DNA from: Pocillopora damicornis
Taxonomy: Eukaryota
Length of the DNA: 64,000 bases
Direction: 5' to 3'
Assembly (NCBI RefSeq): GCF_003704095.1
Contig: NW_020844410.1
Span: forward strand, 124,001 to 188,000
Positions 54,019 to 64,000 of the stretch are shown here, piece after piece (positions within the stretch are counted from its first letter, which is position 1; each line of letters opens with the position of its first letter). The notes below the pieces were generated by a model. That model made no database searches, had not been told where the DNA came from, and saw only the letters and a list, made by a program, of their open reading frames with translations. Position numbers and translations under genes: made by a program.

Positions 54019-54195
54019 TATATGAAAATTCACATATTTGCACTGCGGTGGAGAGATGAAATAGGAGAGAAATTAGGAGAGATTGAAATTTTTTTTTTTT
54101 TTTTCAGGTCCTATTTACAACTACTCGTTTCAGTAGTGTTCTTAGCTGCGAGGATCTCCTAATTTCATCTCTCCACCGCAGTGCAAATATGTGAA
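54019..54195. repeat. Foldback/MITE-like repeat with a perfect 34-bp inverted repeat
   Basis: 54029-54062 ttcacatatttgcactgcggtggagagatgaaat is the exact reverse complement of 54162-54195. Confidence 0.85.
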
Positions 54196-54269
54196 CAAAG
54201 GCATGCCCATTTACGAGGATCATTTTCAAACTCTTATGTCTTTCAAGGCACCGCAAGTTCTATTCTTCA

Positions 54270-54900
54270 GGCAATCGTTAGGGCCCTATGGAACTCTCTT
54301 ATACAGCACACTTTCTAACTGATGCTAATATCCACGCGCCTTAATCAAAGCGTTCAATAGTCTGTAGTTTGGTTTCTTTGGATCTAGGAGTTACAATCAT
54401 TATTTATCTCATATCTGCGATCTACAGTTTTTCCGCGGCGATGAATAGCGTTGAAGTATTTTGTGGAGGTCGTGAGCCGAACGTCATCTCAGATCTTAGT
54501 TTGGGATCAGTGTCTTTCATAACAGTGGCATTCATCGTTTTAGGCAGATACTTTGCTTTAAAACGGCGACTAAAGTAACGGCGACCAAGGTAGCCTGTTC
54601 CAGGCATTCAGTCATTAAAACGCAGCGCGATAGAAAACAGCACGATTTTGTGGCGGAGGAGTGAAAAAGCGAGGGAGGCTTGGGTCTAGTTGGGGTCAGC
54701 AACTGTCTCGACCCAAGCCTCCGTTGTTTTCACGATCGGCCGCAACTAAATATATTGCGCCGTTTACTATCGTTTTACCAACTGAACGCTCGAAACATGC
54801 TACGACAAAGGTATTACCAGATGGTTACTTCAAAAAGGGTTGTGTTGCTATTAATTTCTTAATTATTCGCCGCATTCGCATTCGCCGTTGGGGTGTTTGT
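54270..54900 (+). pseudogene. Degraded class A GPCR pseudogene (TM1-TM4), interrupted by a MITE
   Basis: Fragments NSLI.., IHAP*SKRSIVCSLVSLDLGV, VFC, SVSFITVAFIVLGRYFALKRRLK* and, after the insertion, YYQMVTSKRVVLLLIS* follow the TM1-TM4 pattern of the two intact GPCRs. Multiple stops and a frameshift. Confidence 0.75.
54591..54802. mobile_element. 212-bp MITE with degenerate 22-bp TIRs and a 9-bp target-site duplication
   Basis: Left end tagcctgttccaggcattcagt; right end actgaacgctcgaaacatgcta. Flanked by cgaccaagg (54582-54590) and cgacaaagg (54803-54811). Confidence 0.8.
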
Positions 54901-55917
54901 TACTCGACGCAAAAATCCGTTCTACGAAAAGAAACGACACTGGAGAACAGTTTGATTGGTTTAGAGTACATGTTTCGAGAGCCGATACTACTATCCATTG
55001 GGTTTGTCCACTCAGTGAATGGAACCCTCTCGAAAATGGCTTCTGAAGACTGAAAGCACTCAACACAATTACGCAAGACATTTATTTTAGCTCTAAAAAA
55101 AATCGAAAAATCAAGTATTTGGTTATCTAACAAAATTTCATTTAGCCAGGAGTTGTTTCAGCCGAGTAATTGTAATGTTAACGATCGAGAGCATGGCTTC
55201 GTGTATACACCCGATTGCAAAAACGTTGACAGCCTAAAATACTTTAAACGATGGGATCCGTCGGCCTTATGGGTGAACGTGTACATGGTAATCACAGTCG
55301 TGTGTGATCAATAATGCAAGCTGTCCACCTTTCCTAAAGAAAAGAACTATCTTATAAAAGATTTGACACGAAAAAAGAGGGAGAAGTAAATCACCGATGA
55401 TGTGGCTATACCATCACCACACAGAAACTTTTGAGTCCTCATCGTTAATAGTTCACGTTTTGTTAGGTGACTACATTTTGGCAACCGAATGTGTGTTACG
55501 CCTATAGTCCTACAACTGACTTAAAATATTGACATAAATCTACCATATATATGAAAATTAATCCTTCCTTCGATGATATTTTCTAATTTTCACTGCAAGG
55601 ATTATTGTTCCATAGCCATGATCTATCAAATCAGCAAGGTTCGAGTTGACGTTAGCCATTTTACTTTCAAGATCTAAACATCAATTCTCCTTAATGTTTT
55701 CCACTCGTTTCTCATGATTAAAATTTGAGAATTTGGCGTGAAATCAAACAATATTCTATGGTTGATATTCATCTTACTTCTCACCTCCTTTCTGTTTAAG
55801 ATGTTTTGAAATTTGGATGAGAAAATTATTTTTGGTAACTCCAGAGATTAAAGCACCACTGGGAAATTAACTTACTTTAAAGGCGTCTTGATCTCTAATA
55901 CATGAAGTAGACTGACA

Positions 55918-57510
55918 TCACCGTGAACGGCCCCGAAGCCCGGAGCTCATGCTCAGATTGCTTTCAAAAACATCTTCAATTTCTTTATATAAAGGTTTTT
56001 GAAATGCGTGACATAGACTGACAACAACGGGATCAGTGATCTTACGTCCATCCAGATTAAGTTTGGTTACTTTACGTGATGGTGTCTGCATTGCTTGACA
56101 CAGACCGAAAGCACCGGCATCGGTGATCAGATTATCATTTAGATCAAGTGTGGTGACTTAACATGTTGGTGTCTGTATTGCTAGACATAAACTGCCAACA
56201 CCGGAATCGGTGATGTGATTTCTTCCCAGATAAAGTTCGGTGACTTTACATGTTGGCGTCTGTATTTCTTGACATAGACTGGCAACACCAGAATCGGTGA
56301 TATGATTATTTCCCAGACCAAGCGTGGTGACTTTACATGTTGGCGTCTGTATTTCTTGACATAGACTGGCAACACCGGCATCGGTGATCTGATTGTAACT
56401 TAGATAAAGTTCGGTGACTTTACATGTTGGCGTCTGCATTGCTTGACATAGACTGGCAACACCGCCATCGGTGATCTGATTGTAACTTACATAAAATTCG
56501 GTGACTTTACACGTTGGCGTCTGTATTGCTTGACATAGACTGGCAACACCGGCACCGGTGATCTGATTGTTACTTAGATGAAGTTCGGTGACGTTACATA
56601 TTGGCGTCTGTATTGCTTAACATAAACTGACCACACCGGCATCGGTGATCCAGTTATCACACAGATTAAGTGCGGTGACTTTACATGTTGGTGTTTGTAA
56701 TGCTTGACGTAGACTAACCACACCGGCATCGGTGATCTGATTACCACGCAGATTAAGCGCGCTGACTTTACATGTTGGTGTCTGTGATGCTTGACATAAA
56801 GTGTCCACAGCGCCATCCGTGATCTGATTACTTACAAGGGCCAGGGAAGATAAGAAATTTAGTAATCCGAACTCCACCATGCAAGAAATCCCGTCGTTAC
56901 AAACACTGCATAGATCTAATCGTAATTTAGTAAAGGGAGAAGAGTGGTTAGCCAGGAATTTGACGAATCGTTTCAGTCCAGGCAATGATAGATTTGGATC
57001 AAGGATAAATAGCTTTGTGACATTTAATGAGTGATTAATATTTTTCTGATGTTTTTCTGCGTCATTTTCGTCGTTTATTGCGCTGAAAACATCCAAGAGG
57101 CAGGTTACGGCGAAATAGTCAACATCGCTCAGAGGAAAAAATGCAATTCCTCCGGAAAATGTACAGCTTTGAAGATGACCATTTCGTACATAATTCTGGG
57201 CAAATTCTTTGTCTTGATATTCAGCGAGACATTGTGCTATAAAAAGAGGAATGAATAAATTTCATGACCATTTTAGATGAATTGCCTCTGCAAGGAATCT
57301 CTTTCCTCTTGACAAACCAGCGAGCCGCTAAGTATTCTTGGAGGGTTCAGTGGATAAAGCAGAAATGCTTTGTTGATTGAGAAAAGCATGTCATGTAAAC
57401 GGAGGACCACAATGAAGAAGCCCATTTGCTTTGGTTTACTCAATTTCTTCTGAAGTAAAATTTCTCATGTCTTGGTCAACAAAAAGAAACTTTTCCTCCA
57501 GCAGTGGAGT
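55918..57510 (-). pseudogene. NLR (NACHT-LRR, NLRC3/NLRP-like) pseudogene, 5'-truncated
   Basis: Winged-helix motif HFCFIH*TLQEYLAARW (stop at 57347-57349), GLLHCGPPF, AQCLAEYQDKEFA, then ribonuclease-inhibitor-type 28-aa LRRs (QTPTCKVTxLxLxxNQITDAGVASLCQA). In-frame stops at 56617-56619 and 56158-56160. No Walker A/B region recognisable. Confidence 0.85.
56010..56840 (-). repeat. 84-bp tandem array encoding LRRs, about 9-10 units
   Basis: Recurrent ggtgactttacatgttggcgtctgtatt.cttgacatagactggcaacacc at 84-nt spacing. Confidence 0.92.
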
Positions 57511-59111
57511 ATCAACCCCCACCTCCCCTCCCCGGTGGAACTTGTTATTTACTTATATGTGTTGTGTGGAACACTTGATTTCATAGGAAAAGGGGGGAGA
57601 GGAGTGGAGAGGATTGCGATTGAGATGACAAGAAAGGATCTTGCTTCCTTAGGTCTGTTTGATTAAAAAATTCAAAGAAGACATTAAATGAATCAACATT
57701 TCTTGCTGTCGAGGGATTTTTCCCGGTTTCTGCTTTCGATATCATACTTAGCTAGCTTTTTTCAACTGTAACGTCTGAGACACGCGGTTCAAAAAATTGG
57801 GGTTGAAAGCAAGATTAGCAGTGGATAAATAAGTAAATAACTGATAGAGCAGTAAAGGAATAGATAGATAAATAAATGGAGATGAATGAATGAAAAAAAA
57901 AAACAAAATCAAACAAATATATGTGTCAACAGATGAGTAAGGTGATCCAAAGATGAAGTTCAAGGCGAGGGAATATCTCGTGGACACAAGTTTAGTTGAT
58001 CTATAAGGAGTGAAGCTCAGGGAATTCATTTCTAAGGCGACACCTTTGATAGCAGCCAGAGTTAATCTGAGCTGTTCTATTCGTTACTGAGTGAACTTAA
58101 AATCTTTCCAGGATAAACTATATTACCTCAAATCGAACCGAAAATCAGGTATAAGTAGTTGTGATCTCTCACTCAGTGGGAAATCATCTGGATGTAAGAT
58201 AAATCCGGGACTCGTGAGTCAGTTGGGTTAACCTTATTATTATACAGTTTTTCATATCGTGAATTTCGATCGCAAATTTACATTTTAGCGCCATTTAACA
58301 TTTGCAGTTCCCATCTGATGTAGCAATTAATTATAGCCGCAGGAAACTACAGCAGTCACATATATTATATTCAGATAATTCTCATCCGAATAGCGTCTCA
58401 AATTATATGATGAATATTTCCTAATCACTCGTGACATTAAAAACTAGTTATTTTAAGCCTGACTTGCTGCGAAACAATAAGGTGAACAGATAATTTTGCA
58501 ATTAATTTGAAAAAAAGATATGGCCAAGGTATAATCATAACAAAAAAATGAAATTTGAATTTCGCGAATTATTTCACAATGTTAGAAATTTTCAAAATGT
58601 CGTGCCTCTTAGAATGCATGTGCCAAAAGGATCGTAAGCACGAAACAAGACTCAGTGTAAATATTTTAGTTTTATTGCGTCAAATCAACACTGATCACGT
58701 GTTTAATTTGATCGAAAGTCAATGTTACGACCATCAGTACACGTTTTTATCGAGTTTTTTTGCTTGGGAACCATTGATATGAAATATTCTTAATGCTTTT
58801 ATCAATAGTCTTGTTAAGGTAATTTATATTTACATTGTTTTGTACGTGATCAGGAATCTTTGGATTTTTCCCAAAAGTGGGAAAAGCGTAGTATTTGTTT
58901 CGTGTTTCAGAGATTTTTCCGGTCAAATGAAATTAAAAATGATCTCGAGGAAAAAGTAAACGGGTCAAGATTTTTAAAGGAAAGAAAGAAATGATAACAC
59001 GAAAGAGGGAAGAGAAAAACGAAGAAATATGAGCAAAATTATTGAATTTTCCGGGTTTTTTTATTGACTAAATTTTGTAACAAGAAAATGACAGAGGAAT
59101 TCATTATAGCT

Positions 59112-59320
59112 AGGAAAACGTGCGGCGAGAAAGGAAGTTCTGCTGAAAATTAAGGTTTATCATAATGGTTGATATTATGATGTCGGTAGCGTGCATTTAC
59201 GGCATTTTCATTTTATCATAGAGGAAAACGTGCGGCGAGAAAGGAAGTTCTGCTGAAAATGAAGGTTTATCATAAAGGTTGATATTATGATGTCGGTAGC
59301 GTGCATTTACGGCATTTTCA
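59112..59320 (+). repeat. Near-perfect tandem duplication of ~99 bp, period 110
   Basis: aggaaaacgtgcggcgaga...ggcattttca at 59112-59210 and 59222-59320, with two mismatches seen. Confidence 0.92.
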
Positions 59321-60197
59321 AATCTTGTTGAGAAGGATATTCTGTACTTGTGAAAATTAAATTAGAGTTTTATTGATTAGCTTGGAGCAGAATAAAGGCT
59401 AAGCAGTTGAATTCAAGGGAAAAAAAAGCGAGAAGGGATAGTAAAACAAAAGTAGAAATAAACAAACAAAAGGACGTCGTTGTTATACGAGCAATTTCCT
59501 GTGAGTATTATTTACCGGCTGTCATGAAGTAATACTTCCGATCAGGTCATGATGCAATATTTTCGATTTATCATTGATCCCTTTTATGTTTCCAGCAATT
59601 CCAAAGTGTTCAACGAAAAAACGTTCAAGTTAGGCTGATCATTTTGAAAAAATAAATTTGGTGTGTCAATCACTCTAATGCATATATAGTACGTTATTAG
59701 TCATATGAATAATTATTTTTTTAAACAACATGATTTTTTAGGGGGTTTAATTGAAATGATAGTTCAGTAGCAACGGCTAAAAAATTATTTAAATCATTCA
59801 TAAAAAAAACACGTTTCTTTTATCTTCAGTCACGTCTTAAAACGCATCACGGAGTTCTAGATGTCCTAAATTTAAATCTCAAATTAAAGAATGACCCGAC
59901 CTTTTGTGTAAACAAAACTCTTTATTCTCATCACGCAGTACCCAAACGATTCAATTTGCTTTCGGTACTATTTATGTTAATCTGACTTGACATTCTCTCG
60001 AATACAAATAATGTTTTATCAAATGTTTGCCTCACATCGGAAGGTCATGATGTATGACAAGATGAAAGTGTGGGTACAACACAGCTGTATCGCTTCACAT
60101 CACATAAAGCGGATCAAATATAATTGATTTGATCACATTGGTCAGAGGTAGTGGTTTGTAACTCGCCAGGTACGTGAGAGGTAAAAAACCTTAACTG

Positions 60198-61202
60198 ATG
60201 GCGAACAATTCCTTGGGCAACACAGATGGGCCACTCTTTACTAATTCCTCAGCTGTAGCAAGAAAAACCTGCTATTACCTGGATCGGTTTCAGATTTTCC
60301 ATAGCGGTCCGCCAACAACGGAATACATCGTTAACTGTACGCTTAACGCAGTATTAGCAGTTCTGGCCATTCTTGGAAATGGACTCGTCCTTCAAGCGCT
60401 CCGAAGATCTGCCGCGCTTAGACCAGCTTCCAGAGCTTTGGTTTACAGCCTTGCCGCCTCCGATCTCCTTGTTGGATCGACAGTTCAACCTTTCTATGTG
60501 TTGTACAAAACGGCTGAAATATTGAACATGCATCAGTTGTACTGCGTCACAGGAATTGGATTCCATTTGTCAGCGAACGTTTTCTCTGCCGTTTCCTTTC
60601 TGACAGTGACAGCCATAGCCACCGATCGCCTTCTGGCTCTTCACCTTGGGTCCAGATATCAAAGAACCGTAACGCTTCCAAGGGTAGTAACGGTCATAGT
60701 CACTATGTGGGTGCTAACTGGTTTGTGGATTTTCAACTGGGTATGGGATATCAAAATATATGAAAAGTTTAATATAATCGTTGTTACGATATGTTTGATT
60801 TTCTGTACAAGTGCGTATGCCCGACTCGGATACAGGCTTCACCAGTTGAGAGTTCGCACCATGTTACGATGGCAGGACGCCGAATCAACAACGAACCAAG
60901 AAGAAAGAAGCAGCTCGAGTGGTTCAAAATCGAAACTACGATTTGGAGCATACAAAAGATCTGTGGCTAACATGTTTTATGTTTATATTTTAATGCTTAT
61001 TTGCTATGTTCCATACCTGGCCATGTTCGTAGTCATACAAACGACGACCGTAACCAAAGCGAAAATTGTCACTCTAAGTTATACCATGACTTTGTTGTTC
61101 GCCAATTCGGCTTTCAACCCGTTTCTTTACTGCTGGCGGATACAAGAGATTAGATCGGAGGTAATTTTAATTCTCGCAAAATTTTCTTGCAAGAACAATT
61201 GA
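60198..61202 (+). CDS. Intronless class A GPCR, 334 aa, same family as 50505-51416
   Basis: N-terminal glycosylation sequons (NNS, NSS), LGN, SLAASD, DRL, CYVP, NPFLYCWR; seven hydrophobic segments. Confidence 0.94.
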   Translation: MANNSLGNTDGPLFTNSSAVARKTCYYLDRFQIFHSGPPTTEYIVNCTLNAVLAVLAILGNGLVLQALRRSAALRPASRALVYSLAASDLLVGSTVQPFYVLYKTAEILNMHQLYCVTGIGFHLSANVFSAVSFLTVTAIATDRLLALHLGSRYQRTVTLPRVVTVIVTMWVLTGLWIFNWVWDIKIYEKFNIIVVTICLIFCTSAYARLGYRLHQLRVRTMLRWQDAESTTNQEERSSSSGSKSKLRFGAYKRSVANMFYVYILMLICYVPYLAMFVVIQTTTVTKAKIVTLSYTMTLLFANSAFNPFLYCWRIQEIRSEVILILAKFSCKNN

Positions 61203-62824
61203 AAATAAAAGTGCAAATTTCTGTTTGATTACGAAACGTAATGTAATGCATATCGACCATGACTAATAACCTTTATATGGTTTTAAGCACTACATGCTTT
61301 GAAATTAGATTGAAATTGTTACTCGGCGAGAACGGAAGCGGATAATTTTTTTTTCTATTTGTTAAGCTGACAATGCCAAACATAGCTGAGAAATTTGACT
61401 TGAAAAGAGAGTGACATCGAATAGAGGCTTTCTTTTCGTGAATCAATATTTGCATATCGAGGAAATTTTTGACGTATTCACCGATGTTTTAAGTATTTAA
61501 TGTGTTCAAATGTGCCCTAAGAATACGGCCGCGCCGTATGATTGGGCTAAGGCCTCTTAAAGAACGGCGAATTACTGTGGTATGCTTCATAGCTTAATTA
61601 GGTTAGAATAACTGATTAATTTTTGAAAGATAAAAGGAGCTGTGATACTGCTATACTATCGATCACAAAAATACTATGGTCTGAAGCGAGATTGTCTAAC
61701 CTTATGCAAATTTGTTCTCCGAATGACACGAAATTAAACGCGAATGAAACAAAGGGCCTCTTAAAACGTTGAAATTACTGAATGATTTTTTCGCCAATAT
61801 GAGAAAGGAGAAAACTTATAAAGGAAAGCCGTTTCAACTAACGGAAATTTTTTTTAGGTAGCCAAGCATGTAACTAAACGTAGAGAATATAATGAGGCTT
61901 CTGGCATACGTTAAATGTGCAGGTATAATATATGATATATTTACATAAAACTGAATATCATAATGGAAAACTGGCCATTGCAAGTTCTGTTCTTAATGAA
62001 TCGGCTTCAAGGCCTGACATTTCTCGTTATTTTGAGTAACAAATAACTTTGCAAGTTACAAGTGGCATCCTCTTTAATGTTGTTTCAAAGGTTCTATGGG
62101 CATCAAGGAGTTTAAATTTGAGTTATAATCCACGTGAAATTGTACCATCATTACATTTGCAATAATTTCAACTTAATGATACAAAACACACGGCTGATGA
62201 GATGCCGCGATGCTACTGTGCACGATTTTCTTCAGATGGACGTGCTATAGTTTAATTGTCGTTAACGAACACTTAAATAAGTTTGTAGGAGATAATATTA
62301 CCTTGTATAAAAGATATCGAAGTTTACAGTTGAACCTGAACGGGATAGATTAGATGCTAAGTTTTTCAACTTTGCGTAATAGGAAAATATTGTACAGACG
62401 TTTAATAAAGAGGTAAAATGGTTATATAGGTCGTCATGCATTTATTATTTCCTATATTTGAAGATAGCGATTCACGAAGTAATCTGAATATTTCCCTGAA
62501 TCTTTGTCAGTACTGATAACAAAAAAAATCTATAAATTTACTCGGCAACACATGTTTAAAGGATGCCCATCATTTTAAAAACAGTGAAGAGAGTTACCCG
62601 ACCAAAGAATTCTTTAAAGGCAGTTACATCTATTGCATAAGAAAAATTTTTTTGCCTCGTTAGAAAAAAAAAAGAAACAAGCAAACGAAGAAATAAAAAC
62701 AAACATAGAAACGAAAAATTTAAATAAAAAATTGAACAGAAATAAATACAATATCCCTGCTGAGGAAATATAGTCCGTGGTATGTTGAAGATAAAACGCA
62801 TAGAGCGAACAAGAGATTAAGCCA

Positions 62825-62985
62825 TCTTCGATTCGCTGCCGCTGGGGAGCATACGGCGTCGACCATGGATATCTGCTGGACCTTGTTTTTGACTGTTCTT
62901 TTTGCCTCTCTCGAGGCGACTTTATTCTTGTCGAGCTTTCTTAGACAGTGTGCCTTCGAGACTGCCTTGGATGTGCACGGTAACT
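62825..62985 (-). mobile_element. Possible 3'-end remnant of an RTE-clade LINE
   Basis: The minus-strand fragment EAKRTVKNKVQQISMVDAVCS resembles the RTE ORF C-terminus (WxEAxxxAxDRxxWRxxVxALC) as recalled. Heavily decayed. Confidence 0.45.
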
Positions 62986-64000
62986 GATGCGTTTTTGCGG
63001 CATATTACTAAAAGTGACTGAGTTCTCTGTCTGTAAAGATTAACTCTTTCATTTCTGGGGAAATTATAGAGACCTATTTCTTTTCCTGAGAAGCCTCTTA
63101 TATTTAGACGGGTATTTGGCGTTATTACATTTTATTACGATGATCAGTTATTGAGTTCAGTTAATTTCCTCAAGTCAAGAACCTTTACATTTCCTTCGTT
63201 TACTTGAAAAAGCCTGGAGATAATTCAAGGAAAAAAGTTTAATTTCTCGTATGAGTGAAAAGTCACTTTTCTTTGTTATTGTATCGCATATTTTCTATGG
63301 GATCTTTCTCAAGGAATAGGAGGTGAAAAATACTCTAAAGGACGAAACGAGAAATATCGCTTAGCCTTGTAAAGCAAACCACTATAATTGCAAATGTCAA
63401 TCTTTCTGGATATCTGAAGAGTTTTCTTAACTGGTGCATCCTGCTTGGTTTAATGAAAATAGTGTTTGATAGTTCCTTGTGTGATTAAGAAATCACCACC
63501 TTAGTATCACGGCTTAGTATCGCGGTTAGCTCTCGATCTGTCCTCCTTCTCTTCGATAGTTTTGAAAAGGAACATTTTGGAGGTTAGTGAACATGTTTAT
63601 CAAAAATAATTTCTTTGAATGAGAAAGACTGAGAAAGACAACTGTTTTCATACTTTTAGGAATTTTACAAAACTGAACTACACACTGAACTACATGGAGT
63701 ACGTTACTTTTCCCATTTTCAAACTGTGAATTGGGCAACCTAGCCAGCTGCACCACATAGGGTGGCCTTCATCATATTCCTTTTAATATAATTCAATAAG
63801 TTCAATAGATTTCTTATCCCAAAGCGAAAAAAAGAACGGAAACAGAAAACGTTGTACTGATACTGATAACTGTCCTAACAAACGTTTGCACGTTCCTACC
63901 ATCATGTAAGAAGATCTAAGTTCTCATTAGGTTGTTCGTATGAAAATTTTCAGACTGAGAAACACTTGCATCATGTGGTATTACACAGAATCAAAAGCCA

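Noticed and set aside
56010-56840. Regularly spaced repeats resembling a CRISPR array
   Set aside because: Units are contiguous 84-bp LRR-coding repeats without unique spacers, in eukaryotic DNA with no cas genes.
60620-60635. DRL in place of DRY in the GPCR
   Set aside because: The third position of this motif is variable in class A receptors and the key Arg is intact.

Overview
Eukaryotic, intron-rich, AT-rich genomic scaffold with six N gaps. The repeat families and gene types suggest a cnidarian, probably a scleractinian coral (inference). In order along the window: (1) the 3' half of AGXT2 (+); (2) a 28-exon, ~2130-aa delphilin/GRID2IP-type formin (-) with PDZ-PDZ-HN-PDZ-HN-FH1-FH2 and an unusual ~900-aa proline-rich tail; (3) a second, 17-exon, ~495-aa formin (+) lying head-to-head with it and largely invisible in the ORF track; (4) a solitary intronless histone H3 variant; (5) TBCD (-), whose central exons sit inverted on a gap-bounded contig; (6) two intact intronless rhodopsin-class GPCRs, a MITE-disrupted GPCR pseudogene and an NLR pseudogene. 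The most notable item is the second formin. Its FH2 intron positions match the delphilin gene, but its PDZ/HN N-terminus is replaced by two predicted transmembrane helices, making it a candidate membrane-anchored animal formin. It also keeps a U12-type intron where its paralog has a U2-type one. All exon structures were read by hand from splice signals and frame continuity, without transcript data.
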